Below are positions 1 to 14,709 of a stretch of 64,000 nucleotides of DNA, in pieces (position 1 is the first letter of the stretch; each line of letters opens with the position of its first letter). Below the pieces are notes generated by a model that was given only the letters and a program-made list of their open reading frames with translations, ran no database searches and was not told where the DNA came from. The DNA comes from Mytilus edulis (lineage: Eukaryota): contig NC_092347.1 of NCBI RefSeq assembly GCF_963676685.1, forward strand, positions 62,620,001-62,684,000, given 5' to 3'. A program made the translations under genes and the position numbers.

Positions 1-436
1 ATACCGGATTGTATAACAAATGTAATAGTACTCTCTAATTAGAATGGTAATATCACGGATAGGCTAGATGCTAAAAAGGGAAGAACAGCTTCTGACAAAG
101 TTTGTAAAATACCACTGTTGTTAGATTTTTATTCATTATTATCAAGACATTATATTCAGATGATAGCCTCTGCATTTTGTATACTTAAAACTGGTATTGT
201 AAATGTTATTTCACTATTAATTATTTCTATTTAAGTCAAAACCTTAAGACACAATTTCTGTATTAGTATTTATAGATATCATTAAATGAAATTTGATACC
301 CTGCAATTACCATGTTTTTCAAAAACATATAGATAAATCACTGAAGAAAACCCTCAAAAATGATTATGAATATCATTATCCGTACATTAGTTTTGAAAGA
401 GTAAACTTTTGGTTCTTTTTTTTTAGTTTCTTTTTT

Positions 437-1205
437 AAATTAAGAATGAAAATGGGGAATATTTCAAAGAGACAACAACCCGATGAAAGGCAGAAAACAG
501 AAGAAGGCCACCAATGAGTCTTCAACGCAGCGAGAAAATCACACACCCGGAGTCGGGCCTCAGCTGGCTCCGAACTAAAAATGTGAACTAGTTCAGTGAG
601 AATATATGTCCTACTCTAAAACACCTAAATGAACTAAGATTAAAAAAATATATACAATACTTGCAAAGGCCATAGGCTCCTGACTTAGGATACGAATAAA
701 TGTGGCGGGGTTAAACATGTTTTATGAGATCTCAACCCTCCCCTATACCTTTAGCCAATTTAGAACAACGAAGCACACATTTATATGAACAGTTAAACTC
801 AGTTTTAAAGAAGTCCGATTCTGATGTCAGAACAGGCAACAAAAGAAACTAAGCAAAATGATAATGATATATAGATTAACAAAGGACTACTAGCAGTTAC
901 TGACGTTCAAGCTTCAGATCTCAAATAAACTTATTGAAAGATTATGTCTTCAACCATATTAAAACATATGAGAAAAACATAACCTGTAGTAAGCCAACAA
1001 CTGGTTTTAGAACAAATGTGTTTACGTCTGATGAGAAGACCCTATGAGAGAATCAATATTAAGACCAAAATGTGCAATCCTTAATGACATGAAAACAATA
1101 TCGTAACTATATTCCTTCTGTGTAAATCTGTTTAAAGGTTTGGTTAGATTTTGAGGTGATTGTGGATATTTTTGTGATTTGTCAAGAATATTACCATAAA
1201 AGATT
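437..1205 (-). mobile_element. Decayed 5'-truncated Penelope-like element 3' portion (ORF C-terminus plus 3' UTR), same family as 52400-53185
   Basis: Reverse complement aligns along its length with 52400-53185. Residual coding FYGNIL..SPQNLTKPLNRF..SYDIV. Contains a decayed twister fold (660-757) and the four-way junction motif (495-572). Confidence 0.8.
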
Positions 1206-2221
1206 TTAGTAAATTAATGCAGCGATTCCGGAGTCTGTGTTTTAATACAGACACGATTTTAACCCAGTATGAATGTAGTTTGATTGCCAATTAGACAACT
1301 CTCCTACAGCGTTCAAATGACGTGGATTTAAACAATGTTCACTGCAAGTGGTAACATTTACAAAAAAAAAGGAATCGTTAATTGTTTATATTAGCTTTTT
1401 TCGCTATAGGTGTATGTTATTCTAACAAGTATATTATTATTAATATATATTTTCATTAGATTGTCTATCAACAAAAATAACACCTGAGTGTACGCATTCA
1501 AATGACGTTATAAATCTATAATAATAAATAAAAGGTTACCTCCTTGGATGTATGTACATACACCATTGCATATTTATATAATATATAACACCTTAATTCC
1601 GCCAAAAAATAGATTATAATCTATTTTATTTCATAAGAAAAGCAAACAAGAATGGTACAAATAAACTGAGAGGCTAAAAGACAAACAAAATTAACAAAAC
1701 AATTATATAAAGGAACTCGTTGCAGACTGTGCAGTGACATATAGTTGCTAACTTCTACGTCATATGGTACATGGGGGCAATTTGTCTCGTGAGCAATAAT
1801 ACAACATCACATATAAAGAAAGCTAATGACTGATACGATACCAAATAAACACTGTGGGTGAACTCATCTCCCACAGAAGATTATATTTGATACTGCGTCA
1901 GTCGTTGTTGATCATTATCAGTAGAAATCTCGTGGTTTTTACATTTGGCGAATAACATATCCGTGGTCCTATTTTATATTACCCTCAAGTTATTTCGTTC
2001 AATTGTTATAACTATTTTGCTCAGTAGTTTCTTGTTTACATATCTTTCAAAGTAATCCTTACACGAAACAGACACTATGGAGTTTTTTTACCAATGGAGG
2101 GAAATGTTGTCCGAATGCAGGTGCTTCTGGAATGATTCAAGATAAACTCTGAACCTTAACAAGTGGTCATATGAAAGTTGAAAGCTAAGATAGAAAAATA
2201 AAATTTGATTGAAAAAAAATG

Positions 2222-2703
2222 TAAACAAAGGCAACAGTACTATACCACTGTTCGAAATTCATAAATCGATTGAAAAAACAAACAAATCCGGGTTAGAAAC
2301 TAAAACTGAGGGAATCACATCGAATATAAGAGGAGAACTACGACACAACAGAAACAAAACATTGAAATGTAACTCACACAGAAACGAACTATGATATAAC
2401 AATAATGGCAATTTTCCTGACTTGGCTTTATAAATATTTGATATGAGCGTCACTGATGAGTCTTATGTAGACGAAACGCGCTTCTGGCGTACTAAACTAT
2501 AATCCTGGTACCTTTGATAACTATTGGTACAGGACATTTTAAAAAAAAAACAAAATGGTGGGTTGAACCTGGTTTTGTGGCATGCCAAACCTCCAGCTTT
2601 TATGGCAATGTTAAAGATAACATTAAAATGACAACATTACATGACAGGACTACAATACAAATAAATATATGAACATATAGGACAGAAAAACACGCGAATA
2701 GTA
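2222..2703 (-). mobile_element. Short non-autonomous retroelement carrying a twister fold (family C), interrupted by a hammerhead mini-element
   Basis: Reverse complement of 40345-40690. Twister landmarks GGAGGT-TTGGCATGCCA-CAAAACCAGGTTCAACCCACC...CCTGTACCAAGTCAGGA, split at 2426-2525. Confidence 0.75.
2445..2490 (+). ncRNA. Minimal type-I hammerhead ribozyme motif (stem III mutated)
   Basis: gcgtca-CTGATGA-gtct tatgt agac-GAAA-cgcgct-TC-tggcgt. Stem I gcgtca/tggcgt, stem II gtct/agac. The family palindromic stem III ACGCGCGT carries a G>T change here. Confidence 0.8.
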
Positions 2704-3597
2704 TCTGATGGTCTAGAAGGATAAGTAGACATTTTTTTTGAAGTTCGTAATCCTCTGAATGACCAAGTATTCAAATCCAACATTGAAAAAAAGCCAGTTG
2801 TTAACATTTATGGAAGTTTTGCCATTTATTTCTTATGACAATTGGTCAATTTATAATAAAACTCTTCTGAATTCCAGGCTTATAATTTAGTAAGCCAGAT
2901 TTCGTTTTGTCTACATTTTAATCAACAGAGGCGCTCGATCCAAAACAGTTGGAACGCAAATTGATAACGAAGATGAAGAAACATTACAATGATTGGAGGG
3001 TATTAGTTACTGGAGGTTTATTAAGCTGTAGTTATTAACACATTCACTTTAAAATGGTTTATTAAAAATGTAAGTGTTTAGGAAAATGAGGTAATTACTA
3101 AATCTTACTTTTTGAGTGACTGCATATTTAAAAAAAACATATTAAACTTTGGATTTAATTGTCAAAATGTCTTGTGAAGTTTTCCATTGCTTGAAACATT
3201 GTATTGTCTTTTGCAAATTTGAGTTTTATCATTTAAATAACAGGCTTTCTTGTTTATATTTTGCAAACCGTGTTTTGTTTAAGGTATTTTTGTAAGTGTC
3301 ATAATTAGTTTATTGTGAGATTAATAACATAATTATTTCATATCTGATTTTCGGATAAGAAAACAAATAAATGTATAACTTTAAAAAATTTCTCTCCATC
3401 TTTTGTGTGTAGAAACTTCATTAGTACGTGGTGTCAAGGATTTAAGACAGCGAAAGCTTTAAAACATATTCAAAAAATGGTTCTCCATGCATGAAGAACT
3501 TATGGCTCTTAATATTATCTGCTGTGTAAAAAAAACTCACCAACGATACGAGGTTTATAATTGTGTACTCCAGACGCGCGTTTCATCTACAAAAGAC

Positions 3598-4295
3598 ACA
3601 AGGTCATGTTTTATTTCTTTCTGCCTGTGAGAAAGCATTTTTATTATTTCTTATGAGCTTTGAACTAGTTGCTAGTATCTGTGAGTACTCTCAGATCCGT
3701 ATTTAGTATCTTTTTGCAAATGTTGATGAATAAATACCCTGCCAAGTCAGTTCTGTATTTTTGTTAGTTATTTTTCTGCTTTGTACCAAGACAATGAGTT
3801 AACTCCTTTTCAACTGATGTGTTTAGGTTGTTTTCATATTGTAATGGTACATCACTGTCCTGGGTGAGAGGAGTGAATGGCGGCTTCAAACTATTTTAAC
3901 CTGTCCCAAGTCAGGAACCTGTAACGCAGTGTTTGTCGTTAGTTGCTGTATTTCATATTTGATTTTCGTTCATTGTTTTGAACATAAACCAGACCGTTAT
4001 TTTTCTTTTTTGACTTGTTTTAATTTGTCATTTTAGGGACTTTTATATGTTGTGCTTTGTGTACTATTTTTTATTGTTTGTCTTTTTTTTTATTCAACCA
4101 TGGCGTTGTAAGTTTATTCTCGATTTGTGAGTTTGAATGTCCTTCTTGTATCATTTGCCCCTCTTCCATAACTGACTATGTGGTTTGGCTCATTGTTGAA
4201 GGTTCTACGGTGATCTATAATTGTTAAGTTCTATGTCAATGGTCTCTGTTTGGGAGTTTTCTCATTAGCAATCATACCACATCTTACTATTTTTA
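3598..4295 (+). mobile_element. Decayed SINE-like/PLE-derived element (twister remnant, four-way motif, caatcataccacatctt tail) with a nested Naiad tail, inserted inside a hammerhead copy
   Basis: CCTGTCCCAAGTCAGGA at about 3900. Tail ctcattagcaatcataccacatctt at about 4261-4285. Nested ggcgttgt...cccctctt tail at about 4045-4168. The flanks rejoin into a minus-strand hammerhead. Confidence 0.6.
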
Positions 4296-5234
4296 TCATC
4301 ACTGACACTCTTATCAAACAAGTTAAAGCCAAATGAGTTACGAATAAGAATATTGTATCATTTATCGAGTTATTTTTTCACTCGAAAAGTAAGACCAACA
4401 GTTTCCAAGGTTAAACAGCAATTTTCGTCATCATACTACTTTTTTTTATCAAGGGATCATGGGAAATCATTTTAGGTTACATATATTCTAAAGTTCAAAA
4501 GAGAAACATGAAAATATTGAATTAATGTTGCTTTTTGGTGGTTTGCTTGCTGCTTATTCAAATATATTTAGCACTTGTTCTTTTGTTCGTTTTTTTTTAT
4601 GTCGGGCTTATTGAACACTCACAAAACTACGAATCAAAAGACTCTACCCCCAGTGAAATGAAAACAAGCAGATACGGAAATTGCACAAAACTATAGTACT
4701 TTGTGTATTATTTTGGAGTTGCGAATTTCTAATGGAAAATGTTTTTACTAAATACTGGTACACATTGTGATCTTCGTCCTAAATGAAGTTTCTGAAAGTG
4801 TTTTAAGATTGGGTATGTCTTAAAATTGCCATAAATTCAAAGTTTCTAAATATATGTCTGAAAATTATTATACTATTTCCTTTGCAATGATGTCGATACA
4901 ATATGTTGTATTTCCCTGCACATCATACTTCTTTTTTTTAAATGTTATAAGATTATATATTGTATTGAACAAAATCCAGTTAACGGCAACTTGTGATATT
5001 CGTATCATCCCCATAGTTAATTCAAAGTTTTAAAATAAAACAGATAAAAATATGATTTTGAACTTTCAAATATTTTTTTAATAGCATAAGCAGAACGTAA
5101 TACATATCTAAAACCATTAAGGCTGTCTTTGGAAAATTTGGCGTACAGTCTTAACGTATCTTAAGAGAGTTCAGAAATAGTTCTCACGTATTTTTTGAAG
5201 ATATATTTTAGGACATGTCCTATTCTTAAAAAAC

Positions 5235-6050
5235 AGGCTTTTGAAGCTGTATTCTGCCCTCTAAAATAATTCTATAAAGCTTATAGGAGGTACATATATC
5301 ATTGTATTTAATAAAATGTAGGAGTGAAACATATTATGACGACAATTATTATTAGGCTATTGAAGCTGTATTCTGCAGTTATATTATCCGAAAAGAGTTA
5401 CTCATACTATCATATTTAATAAAATGTAAGAGTGTAACCTTATTATGACGACAGTTGTTATCAGTCTATTGAAGCTGTGTTCTGCACTTTTGTATTATTT
5501 CATTAAGCTCATAGGAGATACTCATATTATTATATTTGATAAAATGCAGGAGTGAATACATCTTTTATGACTTTTTACCGGTATCATGTATTAAAGCTGT
5601 ATTCTACTCTCTAGAATTATACCATAAAGCTCATAGGAGGTACTCATATTGTAACATTAAATAAAATGTAGGGGTGAACACTTCCTATGACGACAATTGT
5701 TATCAGGCTATTGAAGCTGTATTCTGCTCTACAATAAATCTCATAGGTGAAACACTTACTCATATTATTTTTATTAAATAAAATAATTAAGTGAACCCCT
5801 CTTATGACGACCATTGTTATCAGGCATGGAAGCTGTATTTTGCTCTCTAAATTTCTTTGGAGGTACTCATATTATTATGTTTGATAAAATGCAGGAGGAA
5901 AAACATCATATGACGACAATTGTTATCAGGTATTGAAGGTGTATTCTACTCTCTAAAATTATACCACAAAACTCATAGGAGGATTTCATATTATTATGTT
6001 TGATAAAATGCAGGAGTGTAAACATATTATGACGACAATTGTTATCACAT
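5235..6050. repeat. Degenerate tandem repeat, ~115-120 bp unit, ~7 copies
   Basis: Recurring GAAGCTGTATTCTGC...CATAGGAGGTACTCATATT...ATAAAATGCAGGAGTG...TTATGACGACAATTGTTATCAGG. Confidence 0.85.
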
Positions 6051-8379
6051 AAGCAGAATTATTAAATATAATACTCCATATATATTAAGACGAACTGTTT
6101 ACCAATTTCATTATTGTAGAATCATTATTTGTAAACTGCTTACTGAGTAATTTGCGTCATAGTTTTCACAGGAGAAAATTATTGTATATAAAAATAAGTA
6201 CTTGAATATATAGCTTTACAATTATATCTCCAACTATATGACTATATGATGCGATAATCATGTACTACTCTTTTTTTTTCATTCATAACACCACAAATAT
6301 TTAAGTATTTTTTTACGTGTAGAATCCTTTTTCCTTGTATATTTGTACTTATTCGAATCAAACAAAACGTAATGCTTTGAATGTTAATAGGAAAAAGTTT
6401 ATTCAACATACTAGTATTTAAAATATTTTTTTACTAGTTTACATATTACCATAGAATAATATTTTTCTTCAGCGATATATTGTCTTAAATTTAGAGCTGT
6501 TGTAGACAATACTTCAAAATTTATATCTTTTTGTAAAAGTTTGCATTTAAGGACATCGTTATCTAACTGAATAAATTATAAATTCAATATTCTATTAAGG
6601 CTCAGCACTTGTATACAATTAAACTTTTACATACTTTTTTTTTAGATGGGATCACATTAGAAATTATTGTGAATATATTAAATAAAGGCAACAGTAGTAT
6701 ACCGCTGTTCGAAACTCATAAATCGATCGAGAGAAAAAAAACAAATTTGGGTTACAAACTAAAATTAATTAGAATTGTCATTAACTTATATAGTAAAACA
6801 TTAACAAATGCGGCTATATATTTAAAAAAATATAAGAGAATTCTTGTTTCAATAATTTATTATTACAATATATGTTCAATAATGAACATCCCTTTTTAAT
6901 TAAGATGTTATTACATCACCAGCTGGTTTCATTACACTGTTTAATGTCGCTAACGTTGTCTGCAATTGGTACTAATTTGTATTATGACATATTATAACCG
7001 AATCCTTGAAGCATGCACAGGGAATTGTGCTATTGAAATTCTTTTTAAATATGAAAGTACCTCTAGATTGTAAAATAAATACAGCCTTATTGGGCCTGAT
7101 AAGTCTAACAATTTGAATATATATATAACAAACAATTTACGTGTATATAACTACTGTATGTTTATTCTTATTTCTATCGATGGCTAAAATGACTGTTGTT
7201 CATTGCCACTACCCAAATTTACTGCTTTCCTGACCGACTGGTCGGCTATCTTTTCTACTCTTTTTTTTTGTCTATAGCTCGTATAATAGTCCATAAACTG
7301 TTTGCTTTGCATGCATTTCCATTATAATATAATGCTTAAATATACTTAGTTTTCATACAGTATTATGGAGAAGACTTCATAATTATGATTTTTTTGTTGA
7401 TTTTTTTAAAATATAGCAAGTGAAATATGAATAAATCAACTACAGCCGACTTTATTTTTTTCCAAATTAGTTAATTTTTTTATACTGAATATGAATTATT
7501 TTTTGGATGTACAAGAAAACAACAACACGAAAAGCTAAAAAAAAAACCAAACAAATAAAAAACGCACAGGTCGCAAATTTTATTCAATCAATTACAACAA
7601 ATAATGCAACTATATATTCGATGCTTTTAAAATTATGTATTTTCTCTTTTAGCGATGACAGACACCCACATGATCTAGGATCAAACTTATCTCTCAGAAA
7701 TATTTCAACAGCAGCTTAAATACAATAGGTCATTACATGAGATCTTCCTTTGATCATGCTCTGTCTTGTATTAATTTGATTAAGAGGATTACCTTAATTA
7801 TTTATTTAATTAATTTCCATTGGCATGAGTTACACAGAGATATACGTGACACAGGTAGTTTTAGCAGACGACGATGTTATCAGTAAAGTCTTCCATCTTT
7901 ATAAAACTTGCGCTATAAGCTTCTTTTTTCCTGAAATGGGAATTAATTTTGTTTATTCTTCCAATAAAATCAGTTTTGTTTCAAAGAATTAAGAAGTCAC
8001 ACAGTAAAATTGAAATACTAAAGTAGCTTACGTAGGAGCTGGTTGCGAGTAATTTCAAGATATCTCGTTTTCTGTCATCCATATCTCTATTTTATACTGA
8101 CTTGCACAATTATCAACAGATAACATTTGACATTTAATTACTTTTTAACAATTTCAAAATGATCCGGGGAATTTTTATATAAAAAAATATAAGGGTTTTT
8201 ATCAAGGGTTTTCCATGTTGTTATAAAATATGGTCTCGTTGTAAAATGAATCATATAAAACTTTCATCTTAACATACTTATATGCTTGTTAAGTAACATA
8301 CTGTGGTACGGGTTGTGTGCATTATAACAAATGAAACTACAAAAATGTACTTACAATAAGCAACATGATGATCGCTTAA

Positions 8380-8465
8380 TGTTGAACGGGATCTGCTTTC
8401 TCTTCCGGAGCACCTGAGCTCAACCCCAATTTTTGGTGGGATCTGTGTAGCTCCATCTTTACTTT
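8380..8465 (+). repeat. Fragment of the Naiad 3' UTR structured motif
   Basis: ggatctgctttctcttccggagcacctgagctcaaccccaatttttggtggg matches 44766-44820. Confidence 0.65.
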
Positions 8466-11400
8466 TTTAAATAATTAATCAATTGTTTGTTTTTTTTTTT
8501 TTGGTTTTTTTTTCCCATTATTTCATCTTTCATTCTTCGAATTAGAAGTTCTTCCGTGTCTTTTGAAAACATATTTTTTTTCTTTTCTTAAAACACCCCT
8601 TTTTTGCTTCTGACAGAGACATTTGGACTGAATTATAGGTTCTAAGGACAACAAAACTAAACTAAATGCAGTACACGTTAGCTGTTTCTGTCACTCTTTT
8701 AGTTTTCTCTCCTTATCACCGTGACATTATCAAATAACGTAGTGCTGGAAATACTCTTGTAAAACAATCTTGATACTAGTAATCATATCAATAATATGTT
8801 TAATAAGTGCAACCAGACCATTGGAACAATGATACAACATTATTTGCAATACGAAATCATTATAACATTTATACAGAAATCAATGTTAAGAATTTCTGCG
8901 ATCCTAGAACTGCATTCAATTTGACGTTGTGAAATGCTTTTTAAATTAACATTATTTTATATAAATATTGCGTTCATGGTCAGTTTAAAGTCACTCTTAA
9001 CTAGGTCTTAAATCACGGATACTATATGAATTGATTCGTTAAGCATTATTTGTTTATTCAATCTGATTTTACCTTTCACAAAACATTTTTCATAAACCAT
9101 ATGCTATTTTCCAGTCAGTGATAATGAAGTTTCTACTTTCCAAAAGCACGATCATCCTTAATGATTATGTCTTTGTGAAAAAGACTTGAAATGATAGACG
9201 TCAATTAGCTAGCGATAGAATGTTTCGTTAGAGTTATAACAATTGTAAAAACCTAACCTCTTGTTTAAGGGTCAGACGGTGTGTGAAATTGATGCAAATA
9301 TCCATAAAATTATGCCCCTTTTGTGGTAACAACCATTCATTTACGCAAATTGTGTTTCAATATTTGTACAATTGTCAAGAGACTTAAGTATTTTACGGAA
9401 GGAATACCGCATTGGACAGCTACATTATATTTTAAAAGCGTTCTTTAGCTAAGAAAATTGTTAAATTGACTCCTTGATTGAACATCGTGTAACACAAATT
9501 AGTCAGAAAATTGATCAAATGGGTAGGCTTAATATCTAAGTGTTGCCCGTTGGCAGTTTGCAGCTCGTTGCTTAGTCTTATGAATACAGAGTGAAAAGTT
9601 GATGTCGACAAACTGACTATTAAATAAGACGATGATGGTAAAAATCTCTTGCCCTTCAATTATAGGTTTTTAGTTAAATTAAGATACATTATTTAGCTAC
9701 ATTCAGGAAACAATTAGATTGGCTCAAAAGAGAAATTCAATGTGACAAGATTTTTACTGAGGTTTAATCACAAACATCTAAAGTAGTATATCAATATTTC
9801 CTTTGTTAACCATAAAAACAAAATAAAATGGACCATTTTGTAGTTAGACAGTCTAATACACATACAGGGAAATTTGATTAAATGAATAAATAATTAAAAT
9901 ATCCGTATTACAGAAAACAATAAGTATATTTTTACATCAAATCCAAAAAACAAATGTGTATTTAGCAAGGTAAGACTCTAAAATCTTGTTTCATTGTGTT
10001 TTATGCAGACAATTTAATTTTTGATACTTTGAAATTTTAAAAGTCAAGATTTTACAAAAATATCAGACAAGGCAACAAAAGCATATTATATATTATATAT
10101 TGTAAAACCATCATCTCTAATATTGTAAAAACTTAATCGATATTATGGTTAAACATGTTAAAGACATAAGCGTAAATATTGTAAAAGGCAGAAGCGGTAA
10201 TATTGTGTAAGATACAATTTGTTATTTTAAAAAAAACCATAAACAAGGTTCTGTAAAAATAATTGAGATTAAATTGTAAAAACAAATATAAACTGTAATA
10301 TCACAGAAACTTCATTATTTTATAAAAGAACATAAACTATTTAGGGGTGTAAAAGTATAAGCGATAATATTGCTGGTTCACGATGTTGTAGTCAGCGTCA
10401 ATTGTTACGCTTGGCTATTCAATGTAGATCAGTGTGTGACCTTAGGTCGACCATCGACTTTGGTTTGCCGATTGTTAAAATCAATTTTAATCCTTGTAAG
10501 ATAACTCGAATTTTTAAACATTAATATTGTAGCATTTGTAATTTGTATAGAAATTAAGTATATAAAAAAATATTCGTCAAATGTATTAGCGTTAAAGAAT
10601 ACTATCTCATACGTCCTATCTTTCAGCGGTTTATAATTCATTGAATTAGATAGTAAATACAAAAAAGTAGTCATACATTTTTAAAATACTAATGAATGGT
10701 GAGTGCCCATATCAGTAACAATGACAATCGTCGTTGCTCAATGTCTGCGTAAAAAATCTTATCACGAAGTCAATTTGAATTATAATTCGCGAAAACTGTT
10801 TTGGATAATCCTCAAAGTTTTAGAAGTAATAACATTTTCTTGGGTACTTTTATCATTTAATGCTGATATCGATGGTTCAAACGAGATAGCATTCCTTTTT
10901 TCTTTTTTTCTTTTTTTTTTTTAGATATATGCATAATTGAAGTCAATTCAAAGTGTACTCGTCAAATCAAAATGTAAATAAATAAGAATTAAAAAATTAA
11001 ATATTAGTACGAGCCTTTCTGATTATGCAATTAATATACAAATAAAAAGAAATAAAAAGAAAATAACAGTCTAGCTTCCTTACTTTTTTTTATTTCCTGT
11101 AAAGATCGATAAGCACAGATTTATAACTCGTTAAGGGTAAATTATCTGTGTTCGCACAAGTTAATAATGTTATCATTAGTTGACAATAGAATATTTTCAC
11201 CAGACACATTTTATTTGTAGAGTGTTTATGTCGCTAGAGACAAAAATCAGACAAAATTGTCACACCTTGTCAACTTATATTTGTAGAATTATACCTTATA
11301 ATTGTATTTGCGAACTTATTTTCTATTTTCTTTCCTTGCAAAAGAAACTATTAATTTGATAAATACATATATTTCGTAAGCACAATCTAAGCGGTCGCAT

Positions 11401-12329
11401 ATGGTCTGAACGATATTGTTCGCTGCCTAATGAAATTTGTTCACTTCACGTCAAGTGAGGGGCGCTCCCGACGGAAACTCTGCTATTGGCATCGCCAATT
11501 TGCTACAAATTGTATTCTCAACGGTGTGATAAATTAAGAGCCCGGATTATTCTAAGAAAACGCCTTTGTGTATAAACTGAAGAAATTCTCCAACAAATTA
11601 CTGCCTTTCTGATTGACTTTGAATCCATTAAAGGATAATCTTTAGTTCTTAGGTGTTATTAGTTTATAGCTGGTGTGATAAATTTACTTTAAATATAATT
11701 GAATCAGAAAATGTGTGGATTTACGAATGTTTGTGAGAATTTCTACAAACAGTATTCATAAAATATGTATCACCATATGTAGGATAATTGAAAATAAAAT
11801 AAAAATCTGATCGTTTTAATGATTTAATTTTTTAAAAAGTGAAGCTAGCATAAGTTGATGTTTGAAGTCCATTATAATTTTTGATAATTATTGAGTTCAA
11901 CAATCTTTATTTCATACAAATTAATTAGAGTAAATAATTCCTTTGACACTAAAAAATAAATAACGGATACAACAATCATACTTTTGTTTATTTTAATAAG
12001 ATATCTCCAAGGAAAAGAAAGGAAAAATTGAAAATCTTGATATTTCATATAAGTTTAATAAAGAATAATTGATGTTTAGTATTATCCAATTTAATTATCT
12101 TCGTCTAGTTTTAACCATTTTTACTCGAGTTATTTCCCTTGACAAAACCACAGCCTTTTGCTTTATATATATCAGTCTGGTGTATTTTTAAAAACGTATA
12201 CTTAAAAATGAAATGCTTCCGTTATTTTTTTTAAATATCATTAATAATATTCTGCTGACTGATAAAAACAGGCACCCTTATTATATATATTTTGCAATCG
12301 TACCAATGATACCACATCTTTTTATATCA

Positions 12330-12668
12330 GAATATTGTTTGTCGTTTCTTAGTGATTGGCATTGTAACACAATGTTGACTGCTGTATTTTTGACATTTTT
12401 ACCTATTATGTCTGTTTGTTTTGTTCACGCATCGTTGTCAAAATATTTGAATAATATGTAACTGTCATTCAAGTGAGAGATTTAGCTAGCTATAAAACAG
12501 TTTCAATCCACCATTTTCTACATTAGAAAATGCTTATACCAAGTCAGGAATATGACAGTTGTTTTCGATTTGTTTGACGTGTTTGAGCTTTTGATATTGC
12601 TATTTGATCATGGACTTTCGTTTTGAATTTTCCTCGGAGTTCGGTATTTTTGTGATTTTGTTTTTTTC
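12330..12668 (+). mobile_element. Short non-autonomous retroelement carrying a twister fold (family B); related copies at ~32080-32447 and ~34100-34462
   Basis: P5 aactgtcat/atgacagtt, GTGAGAG, palindrome TAGCTAGCTA, CAATCCACC, P3 cattttct/agaaaatg, TACCAAGTCAGGA. Three homologous copies in the window. Confidence 0.75.
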
Positions 12669-14291
12669 TGGACATCGCAAACTCGAATGGTTCTTGTACG
12701 TTCAAACAGCGTGGCACTATTGATTATATTCCCATTCCATGCTAGGGCTTAACTTAACGGACCCACCCCTACCTGCACGGTTCCTGACGAACCATGCCAT
12801 TAAAATACATATTTTGCAGTTTCTGTATGAATAGATTACCAAAAAGGTCTTATTTACACTTAACTAATTGGAGATTAAATGCGTTTATGATAGATATACC
12901 TAATATCTTTGTATTTTTACTTAACAACTCTTTTTTTCTTAATGTTATTTATTATTTTCAAACGGTGTTACAGTTTTTTTATTTAGATTATGTAAAGTAT
13001 TGGTCATGATATATTTATTTTATGTTGAATTTTAGATAAAGGAGCAACGACTACCGCTTCATATATTACTTTTTACCCATACGGTTCCCTGTAACGATAA
13101 GATGACATCAAATTTATAAAGTATAACTTAAATACAGGAAGGGGTCATCTTGAGATGTCATTTGAAATGATTAGTCAAAGAGAAAAAGTACATTCAATCG
13201 TCTCATACGACATGACACTGTCAATAAATAATGACTTTAATAATTTGATTATTTTTTCTTTACAAAAGAAGATTATTTAATTAAAAAGTGTTAAACTTTG
13301 ACAAGTTCTACTGCTAGTAATCATTGACTTTGTAACGTTTTCTACGTGATGAAATTGTACACAGAAACTGAAATTTGAACTCGGGCTAATTACAGTTGTG
13401 TCTCCAAAGATGAATTAAACGACAGAAAAACTTCATTTTTCACACTTTAATTTGATTTTCACACTCTCAAAACAAACTTGATTGATTATAAATTTCAGAA
13501 ACAAATGTCGATTTTTTGTTGTTTGTTGCAAATAGTCTTAATTATTTGAAAAGTTAATTCTGTAAGAGACCCATTAGCTTTGTTTTTACAGCTAAATTTG
13601 TTTATTTTATTGATGAGAACCATAATTTTATTGATTACAAGCTGAACATGACACAGTAAAGGTGAACAGTCGGCGGTACTATGTAGAAGGTTGTCATCAA
13701 AGATTCAAGATGCCAGTTTCACCATGCTGTATGAGGATTAAGACATGTCTTATGATAGTATTACGTTATATCTTAATCCTAAGTGGGTTTCACAAAGTGT
13801 TCCTAAATTAGGACATCTCTTAAACTTGTTCATAAACTTAGGACTACACGGGAAGTGTCTGAAGATGGTCTTATGATAGCCATAAGTTTATACATATATA
13901 TTACACTCATTTTTTATATGAATTCTTGCAAATTATCTAATAACTTATTCTTCTTTTCCTGCTTATAACTGTTTTCATTATGGGTTAACGGACTATCAGG
14001 ATGTGTTCACAATGATCATTCGATGTATTGATATAAAGAATATATGATGTTGTCCTTAAATGTTATTTGAACCATTTGATGTTTACAGTGACAAATTGTA
14101 TTTAAGTCACTTGTACAAAAATAAATGTCATACGTTTCTTCCTTTTCTCAATTTTGTATTTAAAGTTTTCCATGTATATTGGTGTTTCATCTCATAGATA
14201 ACTATCATATTTACATTTCATTTTGAACTTATTTTCATTTTCTTATTACCTTTTGTTCTGTGTTTTGTTCTCAATATACATACTTTTTTGT

Positions 14292-14532
14292 AAATAGTTA
14301 TCAAAGATACAAGGCTTATAAATTGATACACCAGGCGTGCGTTTCGTCTACAACAGACTCATCAGTGACCTTTGATCAAAATACTTAAAAGCCAAACAAA
14401 TAAAAAGTTGGAGAGCATTGAGGACTCGAAATTCCAAAACGTTGGGCCAGATACGGATAAGGTAATCTATGCCTGGGATAAGAAAATCCTTAGTATTTCG
14501 AATAATTCATACTTTTGCTAACAGTTTATAAA
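14292..14532 (-). mobile_element. Hammerhead-bearing retrozyme-like element (cleavage triplet mutated to GCC)
   Basis: Minus strand gtca-CTGATGA-gtct gttgt agac-GAAA-cgcacgcc-tggtgt at ~14328-14370, followed by the family tail ...tctttgataactattt. Confidence 0.75.
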
Positions 14533-14709
14533 TAAAACACATTCAACACTGCTCGTCACAGTTCGCCAAAATATAATGCAAAAATTAAATTAAAGACTAA
14601 GCGTAAACTATACATACTATGTATTTGATATGAATTAATGGCGCAATTACTACATACGTAAGCCGCCTACCAAAATCAATAACGACATAGATAACGTAAT
14701 TAACAAAAT

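Noticed and set aside
11390-11540. Ankyrin-like (AVAYGLNDIVRCL) or LRR-like (LPNEICSL) peptides
   Set aside because: Very short, in conflicting frames, with no splice signals or neighbouring repeats.
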